Source: an uncultured delta proteobacterium
GTDB lineage: Bacteria > Desulfobacterota > Desulfobacteria > Desulfobacterales > B30-G6
DNA: 64,000 nucleotides
Direction: 5' to 3'
Assembly (NCBI GenBank): GCA_963823335.1
Contig: CAWGLD010000002.1
Location: 32,001-96,000, forward strand
Shown: positions 10,457-21,287 of the stretch, piece after piece
Position numbering within the stretch: position 1 is the first letter of the stretch
Layout: each line of letters begins with the position of its first letter
Translations under genes and position numbers: made by a program
The notes under the pieces: model-generated
Seen by the model: only the letters and a program-made list of their open reading frames with translations
Told to the model about the DNA's origin: nothing
The model's database searches: none

Positions 10457-10780
10457 ATGAAACACGCACGATCAATCATTTGTTTCGCTATCCTGATTTT
10501 TGCTTTGCTTCATCCCCCAACAGTCGTGTTTGGTGATACAATTTTTATTGATTTGGATGGCACTGTCATTGATAAAGAACAGTACCAACAAAATGCTTCG
10601 GATAGAGAAAAAACGTTAAGCACAAAATTAAGAGATGGCTATAATATGGAATCCAATGTCTGGAAAGATCCTATCAAGTTAAGAAAAACAAGAATCGAAC
10701 AGTGGAGAATAATGAGAACACATTATAGCCCTGATTCGTTACCGTCAAAAATAGAGAACGCATCAGCAAGAAATAAGTAG
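10457..10780 (+). CDS. hypothetical secreted protein
   Basis: GGAGG RBS, N-terminal signal-peptide-like segment. Confidence 0.6.
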   Translation: MKHARSIICFAILIFALLHPPTVVFGDTIFIDLDGTVIDKEQYQQNASDREKTLSTKLRDGYNMESNVWKDPIKLRKTRIEQWRIMRTHYSPDSLPSKIENASARNK

Positions 10781-10834
10781 CGCATTTCTGTTCAATCATT
10801 TTGCCCCTGAACGGAAAGACCTATTTATTCCGTA

Positions 10835-11023
10835 TCAGGCATAATATCCTATGAACTCACCGCATTTGTTGTTGAAATATTCCATGGCCTCATCAGCTGA
10901 ATCGAAAATCAGCCAGTCATGCCGTATTGTTTTATCGCCTTGTTTACGGGTCCGCTCAATCTCGGTGTTTCCAAAGTATTCATAGAAATCGTGATAATCT
11001 GTGTAAAGCTCATTCTTTCTCAT
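10835..11023 (-). CDS. small hypothetical protein
   Basis: 62-aa ORF with GGGGAA RBS and protein-like composition. Confidence 0.55.
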   Translation of the reverse strand: MRKNELYTDYHDFYEYFGNTEIERTRKQGDKTIRHDWLIFDSADEAMEYFNNKCGEFIGYYA

Positions 11024-11180
11024 GTTACGTTCCCCCATTTAAAAAGTTGTTTCAATTTTCCAGAAGATGAGCGTAGATTATCATATGTGTTTGACAGATA
11101 CGGTCACACTGTATCATTTTATTTTAACGCAATTTAAGTTAATAAATATGGATCATCTCCAAAAGAGTTGATCTAAAAGA

Positions 11181-11217
11181 AGGATTCCAGGATTCCAGGA
11201 TTCCAGGATTCAAGTGA
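11181..11217. repeat. 8-mer tandem repeat (AGGATTCC)x3 + AGGATTCA
   Basis: Seen directly; mirrored by an inverted degenerate 8-mer array at 11449-11481. Confidence 0.85.
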
Positions 11218-11218
11218 T

Positions 11219-11460
11219 ATGCTTAAAAATTATAAAGAGTTAAACGTTTGGCAGAAATCGTACGCCCTTTGTTTGCATATTTATAAAATCACGAAAGGTT
11301 TTCCAAAGGATGAAATATATGGTTTGACCTCCCAAATCAGAAGATCTGCTGTTTCCATACCATCGAATATCGCCGAGGGATACGGGAGAAAAACGACCAT
11401 AGAGATAGAATGCTGAAAGCGTTAATCAAATCCCTGGAAAACAAACACTTGGATCCTTGA
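11219..11460 (+). pseudogene. four-helix-bundle (23S rRNA IVP-like) protein with internal deletion
   Basis: YKELNVWQKS..FPKDEIYGLTSQIRRSAVSIPSNIAEGYGR; the C-terminal piece MLKALIKSLENKHLDP* follows in another frame at 11410-11460, middle helices missing. Confidence 0.8.
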
Positions 11461-11533
11461 ATCCTCGACTCCTAGAACCCTTTCTCCCAACTAAATGGGA
11501 GAAGAGCCATAAATAGATTTTCGATTATGAAAA

Positions 11534-11902
11534 ATGAATAAACAGGAGTGGGTGGTATATCTGGCTCAGTGTTCTGACGGGTCTCTGTATTGTGGCACAA
11601 CAAATAACCTGAAAAACCGGCTGGCAGCGCATAATGCAGGTAGCGGTGCCAAATATACACGATCCCGAAGACCGGTTACCTTGGTTGGCGTCAGCGCCAC
11701 AATGACAAAAAGCGATGCCCTCAAACTGGAGCATCGCGTCAAGCGGGTTCCTGCCGGAAAGAAAGAAAAAGAACTGGCAAAAGGGGAGGGCGCCAAAGTT
11801 AGCAATGCGAATACAGAGCTGACGGCCATCAAGAAGGAGCTCAAAATACTTTCAAAAAAAGTTCAGAAACTGATCGATGCAATGGGAAAGCAATCTAGTT
11901 AG
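11534..11902 (+). CDS. GIY-YIG nuclease family protein (UPF0213-like)
   Basis: VYLAQCSDGSLYCGTT..RLAAHN..GAKYTRSRRPV. Confidence 0.85.
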   Translation: MNKQEWVVYLAQCSDGSLYCGTTNNLKNRLAAHNAGSGAKYTRSRRPVTLVGVSATMTKSDALKLEHRVKRVPAGKKEKELAKGEGAKVSNANTELTAIKKELKILSKKVQKLIDAMGKQSS

Positions 11903-12232
11903 CCATCATTTTCAATCTCCCAAAGTGAAATTAGACGATAGGCGGTACCTAAAAGAGTGTTCTCCAACAGTTGACTAGGTTAAGACTGCCACACTATGAT
12001 GCCTATGTTATCATCTTGACATACAATTGTCATCTCATCTATACTCCGTTAAAAAGTAATATGTTATCTATTCTATTGACTATTTTATGGTTAAGTAACT
12101 TTTCCTGGTACAAGATACGTAAGTATAAAATCAGATCATCGAACCATTACACCACATTTAAGCATAGTATTTCCGGCTAAAACAAACGTCACTTGTTGGA
12201 ACAGGTGAATCCTGTTTTTTGGTTTCGGAACA

Positions 12233-15232
12233 ATGGACAAAGAAATCACTTATAAAGATTTAGGCTGGAACTTTCATTCCTTTCTCCTGGGTGGGATGCT
12301 CAAACAGCCCTTGTCTGTCGTCCTCATTTTAATTGTTATCACAATCGCCTTTGGCTGGCGCATTCCTCGAATATCCTTTCGGACATCCGTTTATGATATG
12401 GTGGTGGACAGTTTGCCCGAGACGGTCCGTTATAATATCTTCAAGGAAGTGTTCGGTTCCGATGAGATCATTCGCGTGGTCATCAAAACGGATGGTATAT
12501 TCACGCCCCGGAACTACAGTGTTGTGGAAGAGATGTCCGGTGCTATCGAAAAAATTCCCGGCGTGAGACGGGTTATCAGCCTGCCCGTGATCAAGAAAGG
12601 GATTGAGCTGTCTGGAAAATGGGATCTGCAGAAGTTCAAGGAGGTGATTCAACCGGTTATACTGTTTAAAAAGAATCTAATCTCCGATGATCAGAAAACA
12701 ACGATACTGACTGTCGTTCTGGCACTTGATGCAGATCAGGAACGCGTCATCCATGATATTCAAGCTCTGATCACTAACACGGCGAAGCCAATTACTGCAT
12801 ACCAGATCGGTATGCCTCTCGTATCACAGGCCATGGCCCGGTTTTCAGAGGCTGATTTCAAACGGTTGCCGCCCATAACTCTTTTACTGGTTGCCGTGAT
12901 GGTATGGGGCCTTTTTCGCAATGTTTCATTCACCATCGTAGTTTTGGGAACGGTTGTGTCAGCTTCGATCTGGACTATCGGTCTGATGGGGTGGTTGCAG
13001 ATCCCCTTGTCCATGATGACCATGATCGTACCGGTATTTTTAATCGCGGTGGGGACGGCTTACTGCATACATATCATTTCGACCTATTTGGTCTGCAGTC
13101 AACACGCGAGTTCGCGACGCCATGCAGTGCTGGAGACCTACCAGAGAATTTTTCTGCCGACGATTCTAACAATCGTAACCACCGCCATCGGCCTGACATC
13201 TCTGCTCGTCAACCGCATGCTTGCCATACATGAATTTGCGCTGCTTTCTTGTTTTGGTTTGTTCAGTTTTCTGATCATCCTGCTTACGGCATTTCCGGCG
13301 GCGCTTATGCTATTGCCTAAACCAAAATTGCGGAGTACTCAGCGGACAAACACTCGTGATGGTTTTGATCAACTCCTCGATTTCATTGTACGGCTCAACT
13401 TGAAGCACCGCAAGACCATTCTGATTTCCATCGGCGTTCTGGTACTGCTGGGCATTGCCGGTATGTTTTCCATACGTGTTGAAACCAATCCCATCGGTTT
13501 TTTCAAAGCCCACACATCCATCAGCAGACACTTTCACGATATTTACCAGGACCTTTCCGGGAGTTTTCCCATCAATGTCATCATGGACGGTGGCGAGGAT
13601 GACTTTTTTCAAGACTCGAAAAACATAGCCCTTATTCAGAAGCTGCAGCACTACCTGGAAACACTCCCGGGGGTGGATAAAACCGTATCCATTGCAGATT
13701 ATATGCAGATGGTCCACTATGCCATGAATCAATACGATCCCGATTTCTACATGATTCCCGAGGAAGGCTTTGAAATTCGCATGCTGGTCAACAACTATAA
13801 AACCATGCTGGGCGACGACATGCTGAAAAGCGTTATGAACCCCACCTTTTCCAAAACCAATATACTTCTTTTAACGCACATATCCAGTTCCAGTGATTTT
13901 TTAACGATCAAAGATAAGATTCTGAACCATGTCAAAAACGAGTTCCCGGAAACGCTGGAATGGGATGTGACCGGTTTCGGAATGGTGGCGGCGGCAAGTA
14001 GTCATCTCTTGACATGGGGCCAGGCAAAGAGTTTCTCGTTGACGTTGGTTTTCATTTTTCTGATCATGCTGATACTCTTCCTTTCGACCAGGGTCGGGTT
14101 TATTGCCGTCCTGCCGAATGCATTTCCGATCATCATAACCTTCGGCATAATGGGCTGGTTCGGTATCCACCTCTCCATGGTGACAAGCCTGATCGCGAGT
14201 ATCGCAATTGGGCTGGCCGTTGACGATACCATCCACTATTTGTACCGGTATAACAGGGAATTTAAAAAAGATCTGGATAAAGATCGGTCGCTAAGAGATT
14301 CCATTCTGCATGTCGGGCGGCCGGTTCTTTTTACGACCATCATTATTGGTATAAGCTTTGCGGTTCTACTTTTTTCCAGTTTCGAGCCCACGTCGATTTT
14401 CGGGCTCTTGATGGTCATAACCATGCTGGCAGCCGTGATCGGGGATTTGCTGATTCTACCGGCCCTGATGCTCAATGTGGAACTCGTCACGGCCTGGGAC
14501 CTTCTGAAACTGATGCCAACTTTGAGCGGGATTTCAAACTCCGCCGCGCATGAACTGAACCAGCCGCTGAATGTTATCAAGATGGGCAGCGACTATTTAA
14601 AAATGATAGAGCAGAAAGGCACCCTGGTTCAATCGGAACATTTAGCCCGGGTGGTAAATGAAATTGGCACGCAGGTAGACCGGGCATCGGAGATTATTCG
14701 TCGGTTGATGACGTTCAGCCAGAAACCGGGATTTCGCAAGGAACCCACTGATGTCAACAAAGCGGTCCATGATGCACTGGTGCTTGTGGAAAATCAGTTA
14801 AAAATTGAGGATATCGATATAAATCTTGATTTGGACCATTCGTTGCCCTATATTTATGCTCATCCTGCAAAAATCAGCGAAGTTGTTTTCAATCTCCTGG
14901 TCAATGCCTGTGAGGCCATAACCGAAAATAAATCTATACAGAAAAATATTCGGAACGGCTCACGAATCACCATCCGAACATCCATGATCGGGAAACAGGT
15001 TAAAATTTGGGTGAGTGACAATGGAATTGGTATCCCCGCCCACCTGATTAACCGAATCACAGAGCCTTTCTTTACGACAAAAGCAACGGGAACAGGTAAA
15101 GGTTTGGGATTGAGTATCAGCAAAGAAATTGTCAAGAGTTATGGTGGTCGTCTCGAGGCAAAAAGTGAGCAAGGCCGACAAACTGATTTTATTGTGACGT
15201 TTCCGGTATATTTAGAGCCAGTCAACCGATGA
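12233..15232 (+). CDS. MMPL/RND-family membrane protein fused to C-terminal HisKA-HATPase histidine kinase
   Basis: Two MMPL repeats (IAIGLAVDDTIH), then H-box AHELNQPL, N-box NLLVNA, G1 DNGIGI, F-box PFFTTK, G2 GKGLGL. Confidence 0.85.
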   Translation: MDKEITYKDLGWNFHSFLLGGMLKQPLSVVLILIVITIAFGWRIPRISFRTSVYDMVVDSLPETVRYNIFKEVFGSDEIIRVVIKTDGIFTPRNYSVVEEMSGAIEKIPGVRRVISLPVIKKGIELSGKWDLQKFKEVIQPVILFKKNLISDDQKTTILTVVLALDADQERVIHDIQALITNTAKPITAYQIGMPLVSQAMARFSEADFKRLPPITLLLVAVMVWGLFRNVSFTIVVLGTVVSASIWTIGLMGWLQIPLSMMTMIVPVFLIAVGTAYCIHIISTYLVCSQHASSRRHAVLETYQRIFLPTILTIVTTAIGLTSLLVNRMLAIHEFALLSCFGLFSFLIILLTAFPAALMLLPKPKLRSTQRTNTRDGFDQLLDFIVRLNLKHRKTILISIGVLVLLGIAGMFSIRVETNPIGFFKAHTSISRHFHDIYQDLSGSFPINVIMDGGEDDFFQDSKNIALIQKLQHYLETLPGVDKTVSIADYMQMVHYAMNQYDPDFYMIPEEGFEIRMLVNNYKTMLGDDMLKSVMNPTFSKTNILLLTHISSSSDFLTIKDKILNHVKNEFPETLEWDVTGFGMVAAASSHLLTWGQAKSFSLTLVFIFLIMLILFLSTRVGFIAVLPNAFPIIITFGIMGWFGIHLSMVTSLIASIAIGLAVDDTIHYLYRYNREFKKDLDKDRSLRDSILHVGRPVLFTTIIIGISFAVLLFSSFEPTSIFGLLMVITMLAAVIGDLLILPALMLNVELVTAWDLLKLMPTLSGISNSAAHELNQPLNVIKMGSDYLKMIEQKGTLVQSEHLARVVNEIGTQVDRASEIIRRLMTFSQKPGFRKEPTDVNKAVHDALVLVENQLKIEDIDINLDLDHSLPYIYAHPAKISEVVFNLLVNACEAITENKSIQKNIRNGSRITIRTSMIGKQVKIWVSDNGIGIPAHLINRITEPFFTTKATGTGKGLGLSISKEIVKSYGGRLEAKSEQGRQTDFIVTFPVYLEPVNR

Positions 15233-15268
15233 ACGGGTCAACGGGTTCAAGAAGGATGAAAACTGCAG

Positions 15269-15643
15269 ATGCTTAAAGCGCTTGTCATAGACGACGAACA
15301 ACCGACCTTATTCATGTTCAATCTTTTTCTAAATGCTTATGGTTACGAAGTGATAACCGCGGAGAATGCTGCCACCGGTATTGAACTGTTCAAAAAAGAG
15401 CGGCCATCCATCGTGTTTACAGACATTAAAATGCCGGGAATGGATGGCCTGGATGTGCTTAAAATACTCAAATCCATCGATCCCGCGGTTCATGTGATCG
15501 TTATGACCGGCCATGGGGATCAGGATTTGATGAAGCAGGCTATGGAATTAAATGCAACAGCATTCATCAACAAACCCATCGGGCGCGAAATACTGGAACA
15601 GGTGCTCAAGAAGGTGGGGGATAACCCATTTCAAAAAAAATGA
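15269..15643 (+). CDS. single-domain response regulator
   Basis: VIDDE, TDIKMPGMDG, MTGHG, FINKP. Confidence 0.9.
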   Translation: MLKALVIDDEQPTLFMFNLFLNAYGYEVITAENAATGIELFKKERPSIVFTDIKMPGMDGLDVLKILKSIDPAVHVIVMTGHGDQDLMKQAMELNATAFINKPIGREILEQVLKKVGDNPFQKK

Positions 15644-15701
15644 ACCGCATTTACACCTGGCTGAAGTTGCTGGCGAATGTGATTTGGGAAGGATATAAGA
15701 A

Positions 15702-16640
15702 ATGGAAAAGACGCTTTTCTGGTTGCAATGCGGGGGATGCGGTGGTGATACTTGGTCGATGTTCAACATCGAATCACCGAACCTCCCCGACTTGTTCAAA
15801 TCATTGAAGATAAAAATTCTGTGGCATCCCACGTTATCCGTTAAAAATGGGACCCATCAGAAACAATTGCTTGCAGACGTTCTGTCCGGTCGCCAGCAGC
15901 TCGATTTCTTATGCATCGAGGGGGCCATCATTCGTGGCCCGCGTGGTACCGGGTTGTATGATCTGGCCTATGGAAAACCCAAAAAGGATCTTGTTGCCGC
16001 GCTGGCAAGACAAGCTCAGTATGTGATTGCTGTCGGGACATGTGCCAGCTTTGGTGGATTCGGGGCCGATGGTGAAATCGAAGCGGCCGGCATGCAGTTC
16101 CTAAAGTGGGAAAAAGGTGGCTTTGTCGGCGAATCGTTTCAATCGAAAAGCGGCCTGCCCGTAATCAATCTGCCGGGCTGTCCGTGCCATTACGACATCA
16201 TCGGGGGAACCCTTTCCCTGTTGGTCTCTGAAGCACCGTTGAATCTGACAGAACACCAATCGCCCACGGAATGGTACAACATCATGGTTCATCAGGGCTG
16301 CACGCGTAACGAGTATCATGAGTATAGAGTCGAGGACAAACGATTCGGCGAGAAAGGTTGCATGTTTTTTCACCTGGGGTGTCATGGTCCTCTGGCTCAC
16401 GGTCCATGCAATAAATTGCTCTGGCACCGGCGCTCATCCAAGACACGTGTCGGTGTTCCCTGTTTTGGCTGCACCCGACCCGACTTCCCTCAGCCCTATC
16501 CATTTTTCGAAACCCGCAATATAGAAGGAATTCCGCTGGAGCTCCCTGAAGGCATTAATCGTGCACACTACATGGCGTATAAGGGAATGGCCGCAGCTGC
16601 TGCCCCCGGAAGACTGACCACAAGAAAAACAGGCATATAG
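15702..16640 (+). CDS. [NiFe] hydrogenase small subunit, sensory (HupU/HoxB-like)
   Basis: WLQCGGCGGD, GTCASFGG, NLPGCP, HQGCTR, GCHGP, PCFGC; no twin-arginine leader. Confidence 0.85.
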   Translation: MEKTLFWLQCGGCGGDTWSMFNIESPNLPDLFKSLKIKILWHPTLSVKNGTHQKQLLADVLSGRQQLDFLCIEGAIIRGPRGTGLYDLAYGKPKKDLVAALARQAQYVIAVGTCASFGGFGADGEIEAAGMQFLKWEKGGFVGESFQSKSGLPVINLPGCPCHYDIIGGTLSLLVSEAPLNLTEHQSPTEWYNIMVHQGCTRNEYHEYRVEDKRFGEKGCMFFHLGCHGPLAHGPCNKLLWHRRSSKTRVGVPCFGCTRPDFPQPYPFFETRNIEGIPLELPEGINRAHYMAYKGMAAAAAPGRLTTRKTGI

Positions 16641-16651
16641 GGTGATGCAGA

Positions 16652-18160
16652 ATGACGCGTAAAATTGAAGTATTTCCGCTGAACCGTGTTGAGGGCGATC
16701 TGGAAATCTCGATTGAACTGGAAGACGATGTCGTGATCGATGCACGTAGTGCCGGAACCATGTACCGTGGATTCGAGAATTTCATGGTGGGTCGCTCACT
16801 TCTGGATGGATTGGTTATAACACCCCGAATCTGCGGGATTTGCAGCACGTCCCACTTATATGCCGCAGCCAGCGCCCTGGATATGATTTATCATGTAGAT
16901 GTACCTCGTCATGCCTCCTGGGTTAGAGGCATTACCGCGATGACGGAAAAGCTTCAGAACGACATCCGACATGCCTTCTTGTTGTTCATGCCCGATTTCA
17001 CCGACGCTACGTACCAGAAAGAGCCACGGTATGCCGACATGGTAAAACGATATGCGCCACTCGAAGGATCTTCTGTGCGCCAGGCCATTGACGAAACTCG
17101 CAAGATATTGGAAATCATCGCTATCCTTGGTGGACAATGGCCACACTCCTCTTTTATGGTACCGGGGGGTGTCGTGTCCATGCCCAGCAACACTGAATTG
17201 AATCGTTGTGCCTATTTGCTGAATAATTTCAAACAATGGTACGAACGCCAGGTGCTGGGATGCAGTCTTGAAAGATGGCATGCCATTCAGACAAGAGCCG
17301 ATTTGATTTCCTGGCTCAAGGAAAGTAAAACACACCTTGAGAGCGACCTCGGGTATTACATCCGCTTTGCAACCAGGACAGGACTGCATCGAATCGGTAA
17401 AGGACACGGCAACTTCATCAGCTTCGGTATGCCGTGCCCAATACCGGCGTCTGAAGGACAGATGGAGGGCGGGTCAAATCCCTTAGCAGCCGGGGGGTTT
17501 TATACTGACAATCGTCTGTTCCCTCTGGATCAGGAAAATATTACCGAGGATGTTTCGCATAGTTGGTTTGCCGGCGGCGGCACAGGTCAACACCCCTATC
17601 ACGGGCAGAGTTCACCTTATGCCACGGGCAGTGAGGATCTGAGATATTCCTGGGCCAAGGCCCCGCGGTACAAAGGACTGCCGGCTGAAACCGGACCATT
17701 GGCTGAAATGGTCATTTCTTCAAACGCCCTGTTTGAAGACTTTATAAGACTCGATGGCCCGAGCGCATTTCTCAGAGAACTGGCAAGACTGGTCCGGGCG
17801 GCAACCATAATTCCGGCTGTTGAACGTTGTATTGAAGACGCCATGTCGACACCAGGCCAATTCTACAGGGAGCACGGGGATATAATAAATCAGCAGGGTC
17901 ACGGCTTGATTGAGGCGCCCCGGGGAGCCCTGGGTCACTGGGTCAAAATCAAAGAAAATAAAATCTCATCCTACCAGATTATTACCCCTACTGCCTGGAA
18001 CGCCTCACCCCGTGACGCAGATAACGTCCGAGGACCCTGTGAAGAGGCGCTAATCGGGACCAGGGTGAAGAACCATGAAAACCCGATGGAGATTCATCAC
18101 ATTATCCGGTCGTTTGATCCATGTCTGGTGTGTACCGTGCATGCGATTGACTTGAGGTGA
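16652..18160 (+). CDS. [NiFe] hydrogenase large subunit, sensory (HupV/HoxC-like, group 2b/2c)
   Basis: NRVEGD, L1 PRICGICS, L2 FDPCLVCTVH with only 5 residues after His. Confidence 0.9.
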   Translation: MTRKIEVFPLNRVEGDLEISIELEDDVVIDARSAGTMYRGFENFMVGRSLLDGLVITPRICGICSTSHLYAAASALDMIYHVDVPRHASWVRGITAMTEKLQNDIRHAFLLFMPDFTDATYQKEPRYADMVKRYAPLEGSSVRQAIDETRKILEIIAILGGQWPHSSFMVPGGVVSMPSNTELNRCAYLLNNFKQWYERQVLGCSLERWHAIQTRADLISWLKESKTHLESDLGYYIRFATRTGLHRIGKGHGNFISFGMPCPIPASEGQMEGGSNPLAAGGFYTDNRLFPLDQENITEDVSHSWFAGGGTGQHPYHGQSSPYATGSEDLRYSWAKAPRYKGLPAETGPLAEMVISSNALFEDFIRLDGPSAFLRELARLVRAATIIPAVERCIEDAMSTPGQFYREHGDIINQQGHGLIEAPRGALGHWVKIKENKISSYQIITPTAWNASPRDADNVRGPCEEALIGTRVKNHENPMEIHHIIRSFDPCLVCTVHAIDLR

Positions 18161-18164
18161 CCCT

Positions 18165-20279
18165 ATGAGCACTCTGTTGGCATTGTCAACGAGATCTTTA
18201 GATACAGGACACCAGTCCTATCAAGATCTGCAGGAGGAGAACAAGCTATTGCGGCAGGAGATTCGCACAGCTCGAAAAGCTGCAGAAATTACTGCCGACC
18301 TGGTCGTCAAACAATTTGAGGAAACGGAAAGGGTCTTGCAACGGTTTCAGGTCGCCAATGCTCAGCGCAAAACCGTGCTTGACTCGGCAAGTCAAATATC
18401 CATCATCGCCACAAATCCTCAGGGAATTATCACCGTTTTCAACAAAGGCGCCGAGAATCTGCTGGGTTATAAGGCTGAGGAAGTCATCGACCGGCAGAGT
18501 CCCTTGATATTTCATCTGGAATCAGAGCTTGAAAAACGCAGTCAACTGGTCAGCATGGAATTTGAACATACGGTAGAAAACGTGGATTTGTTTTTTGCCT
18601 ATGCAGCCGAAAAACCGCCGGAATATTCCGAGTGGACCTACATACATAAAACCGGAAAACAATTCCCTGTCAGAATGTCCATAAACGCTTTACGCGGCCC
18701 CTACGGTTCGGTTGAGGGTTTACTGTGCATTGCGCTTGATATCAGTGAAAAAAAACGGTCGGAAAAAGCGCTCATGGAAAGTGAGCGAAAGTATCGCCTG
18801 CTTATCCGGAATTTACCGAATGTTGTCTACAAAGGCTATCTAAATGGGGATATTGATTTTTTTGATGATAAAATTGAGATTTTGACCGGCTATAGTCGAC
18901 AAGAATTTTCATCACGCAAAGTGAACTGGTTCGACTTTGTCCACAAAGAAGATCTTGAAGGTGCCAAGGAAATATTCAAGCAAGCACTCAGAACAGATCA
19001 AATGTTTATCCGGGAATACCGGGTTAAATCTAAAAACGGAAAAATCGTCTGGGTGGAAGAAGGCGGTCAGATCATTTACGGGGAGGACGGAGAAGTCGAG
19101 TTTGTCACAGGGGCCTTCCTAGACATTACGAAGCGCAAGCTGGCCGAAAGGGCTTTACACGAATCGGAAAAGAACTATCGATCGCTTTTCGACAGCGGAC
19201 CGAACCCCATTTTCGTACTGGACATGCATCGCTTCAAAATCATGGATGCCAATCCCAGCGCCGAGGAAACCTACGGTTACAGCAAGGAGGAGCTGGTAGG
19301 ACGACCGTTTTCAGATCTCGGGCCATTCGGGAATGAAATGTTTGAGGAAAAAATGAAGATCGGCCTGTCCAACGCAGGCGATCGTCCGAGTGCGTGTGTG
19401 ATCAGCCTGAAGGATCAACACTTTAAAAAAGGCCATAAACCGTTTTATGTGCGGGTCACGGCATGCCCGACCCGCTATCACCAACGTCAGGCTATCATTG
19501 TGGCGGTCACGGATATCACAGAACTGTTGGAAAAGGATGCTCAGCTGGCTCAGGCCAGCAAAATGACCACACTCGGAGTAATGTCTGCAGGCATAGCCCA
19601 CGAATTAAACCAGCCGTTGAATGTCATCAAAATGGGCAGTGAGTACCTGCAAATGAGTATGGAGAAGAATCAGTACCTGCAGCCGAAACTGCTCGATGTC
19701 GCTATGGAAGTCAGCGCGCAGGTAGATCGGGCATCTGCGATTATCAATCTGCTGCGTGAGTTCGGCCGTAAACCTGATTTCAAAAAAGAACATGTCAATA
19801 TCAATGCTGTAATCACGGCAGTTCTCGGAATTATCGGCCGGCCGCTCGAGCTTAACAATATTGACATCATACTCGATCTTGACGAACCCATTCCGCCGAT
19901 TCTGGCCCAGGCTAACCGTCTGGAACAGGTATTCTTCAATTTAATGACAAATGCCGGCGATGCCATCCATCAAAAACGCGAAGCATCAGGTGAAACACTC
20001 CCGGAACAGATCAGGATATCTACGTACCGTAGTCATGATCATGTTGTCGTGAGTGTATCTGATACGGGCATCGGCATTCCTGAAGAGATCAAGGAAAAAA
20101 TATTTGAACCTTTTTTTACGACCAAAGAGGTTGGAAAGGGAATGGGGTTGGGTCTTTCAATCATTTACGGTATTGTAAAAGAATACGGTGGCGAGATCGA
20201 GAGCCATAGCAGCCCGAATCAGGGAACCTCCTTTAAATACAGCTTTCCCATCGCTGACATGCAGGCGACTCTTGAGTAA
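18165..20279 (+). CDS. cytoplasmic multi-PAS histidine kinase
   Basis: Three PAS/PAC-like blocks, [32 protein letters not shown]. Confidence 0.9.
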   Translation: MSTLLALSTRSLDTGHQSYQDLQEENKLLRQEIRTARKAAEITADLVVKQFEETERVLQRFQVANAQRKTVLDSASQISIIATNPQGIITVFNKGAENLLGYKAEEVIDRQSPLIFHLESELEKRSQLVSMEFEHTVENVDLFFAYAAEKPPEYSEWTYIHKTGKQFPVRMSINALRGPYGSVEGLLCIALDISEKKRSEKALMESERKYRLLIRNLPNVVYKGYLNGDIDFFDDKIEILTGYSRQEFSSRKVNWFDFVHKEDLEGAKEIFKQALRTDQMFIREYRVKSKNGKIVWVEEGGQIIYGEDGEVEFVTGAFLDITKRKLAERALHESEKNYRSLFDSGPNPIFVLDMHRFKIMDANPSAEETYGYSKEELVGRPFSDLGPFGNEMFEEKMKIGLSNAGDRPSACVISLKDQHFKKGHKPFYVRVTACPTRYHQRQAIIVAVTDITELLEKDAQLAQASKMTTLGVMSAGIAHELNQPLNVIKMGSEYLQMSMEKNQYLQPKLLDVAMEVSAQVDRASAIINLLREFGRKPDFKKEHVNINAVITAVLGIIGRPLELNNIDIILDLDEPIPPILAQANRLEQVFFNLMTNAGDAIHQKREASGETLPEQIRISTYRSHDHVVVSVSDTGIGIPEEIKEKIFEPFFTTKEVGKGMGLGLSIIYGIVKEYGGEIESHSSPNQGTSFKYSFPIADMQATLE

Positions 20280-20324
20280 TTGACTGCCCGCAGAAAAGGG
20301 GGTCTAAAGACCCCTGCTGTGATA

Positions 20325-21209
20325 TTAGGCGAGCATATCCTGGATGGATTGATCCTTCTCTTTCCACAGATCGTTGAGCCAGGTATGAAACCGGGCCCGA
20401 AAGGACCTGTCCGTCGTATAATCACCCAGAAGATCTGCGGTCACCGGCATATGCTTAACCCTGACCTTGATTTCGTGGATATCACCGCAGACAAAGGCCC
20501 AGAAATTCTTGATGCCTTCCGGGTAGACAATGGTAACGTCCAGGATAGCGTTCAGCTGCTCGCCCATGGATGTCAATACGTAACCGACGCCGCCCGCTTT
20601 CGATTTCAGCAGGTTTTGATAGGGGGATTGCTGTCTCTTGTGTTTTTCTGCGGTAAATCTTGTCCCCTCGACAAAATTCATGATGGAAATCGGAAACGTC
20701 TTGAATTTTTCGCAGGCCTTTCGGGTGATTTCCAGGTCCTTGCCCTTTAAGTGGGGCTTTTTTTTCAAGAACTGTTTTGAATAGCGCTTCATGAAAGGGA
20801 AGTCGAGGGCCCACCAGGCCTGGCCAAGAACAGGAAACCATATGAGTTCTTTTTTCAGAAAAAATTTGAGAAACGGTATTTTGCGATGAAAAATCCGCTG
20901 CAGCACCAGGATGTCCACCCATGACTGATGATTGGCCAGAACAAGATATTTATTCTTCAGGCTGAGGTCTTGAAGACCCTGGACGTCCAGGGTCGTTTTG
21001 GAAAACAGACGCTGGTTGACAGTGTTGGCACCAACCCAGCCGGTGGCAAGGGTGCTCAGGGTCCGGCTGCACCACAGTCGAAAGCTTGTCAGCGGAATCA
21101 GAAATTTCAAAACCGCCAGCGCAAAGAGCAGGGTACACCAGAAAATGGTATTACAGAAATAAACAAACAATGAGGTAAGACCCCGCAGGGTTTTGATAAA
21201 TGCTTTCAT
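20325..21209 (-). CDS. lysophospholipid acyltransferase (YihG-like)
   Basis: NHQSWVDI, KFFLKKEL, DFPFMKRYS, FVEGTRF. Confidence 0.85.
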   Translation of the reverse strand: MKAFIKTLRGLTSLFVYFCNTIFWCTLLFALAVLKFLIPLTSFRLWCSRTLSTLATGWVGANTVNQRLFSKTTLDVQGLQDLSLKNKYLVLANHQSWVDILVLQRIFHRKIPFLKFFLKKELIWFPVLGQAWWALDFPFMKRYSKQFLKKKPHLKGKDLEITRKACEKFKTFPISIMNFVEGTRFTAEKHKRQQSPYQNLLKSKAGGVGYVLTSMGEQLNAILDVTIVYPEGIKNFWAFVCGDIHEIKVRVKHMPVTADLLGDYTTDRSFRARFHTWLNDLWKEKDQSIQDMLA

Positions 21210-21287
21210 TCCTGACCTATAATCGAAAAAGGGGAAAAAATTCAAGGCTGGTTGACATTGTGACAGTATTTTTACAATAATCGTTTC

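Noticed and set aside
11181-11217. CRISPR array
   Set aside because: Short-period tandem repeats with no unique spacers; no cas genes in the window.
18110-18160. [NiFeSe] hydrogenase
   Set aside because: The L2 motif is encoded with Cys (DPCLVC), with no UGA.
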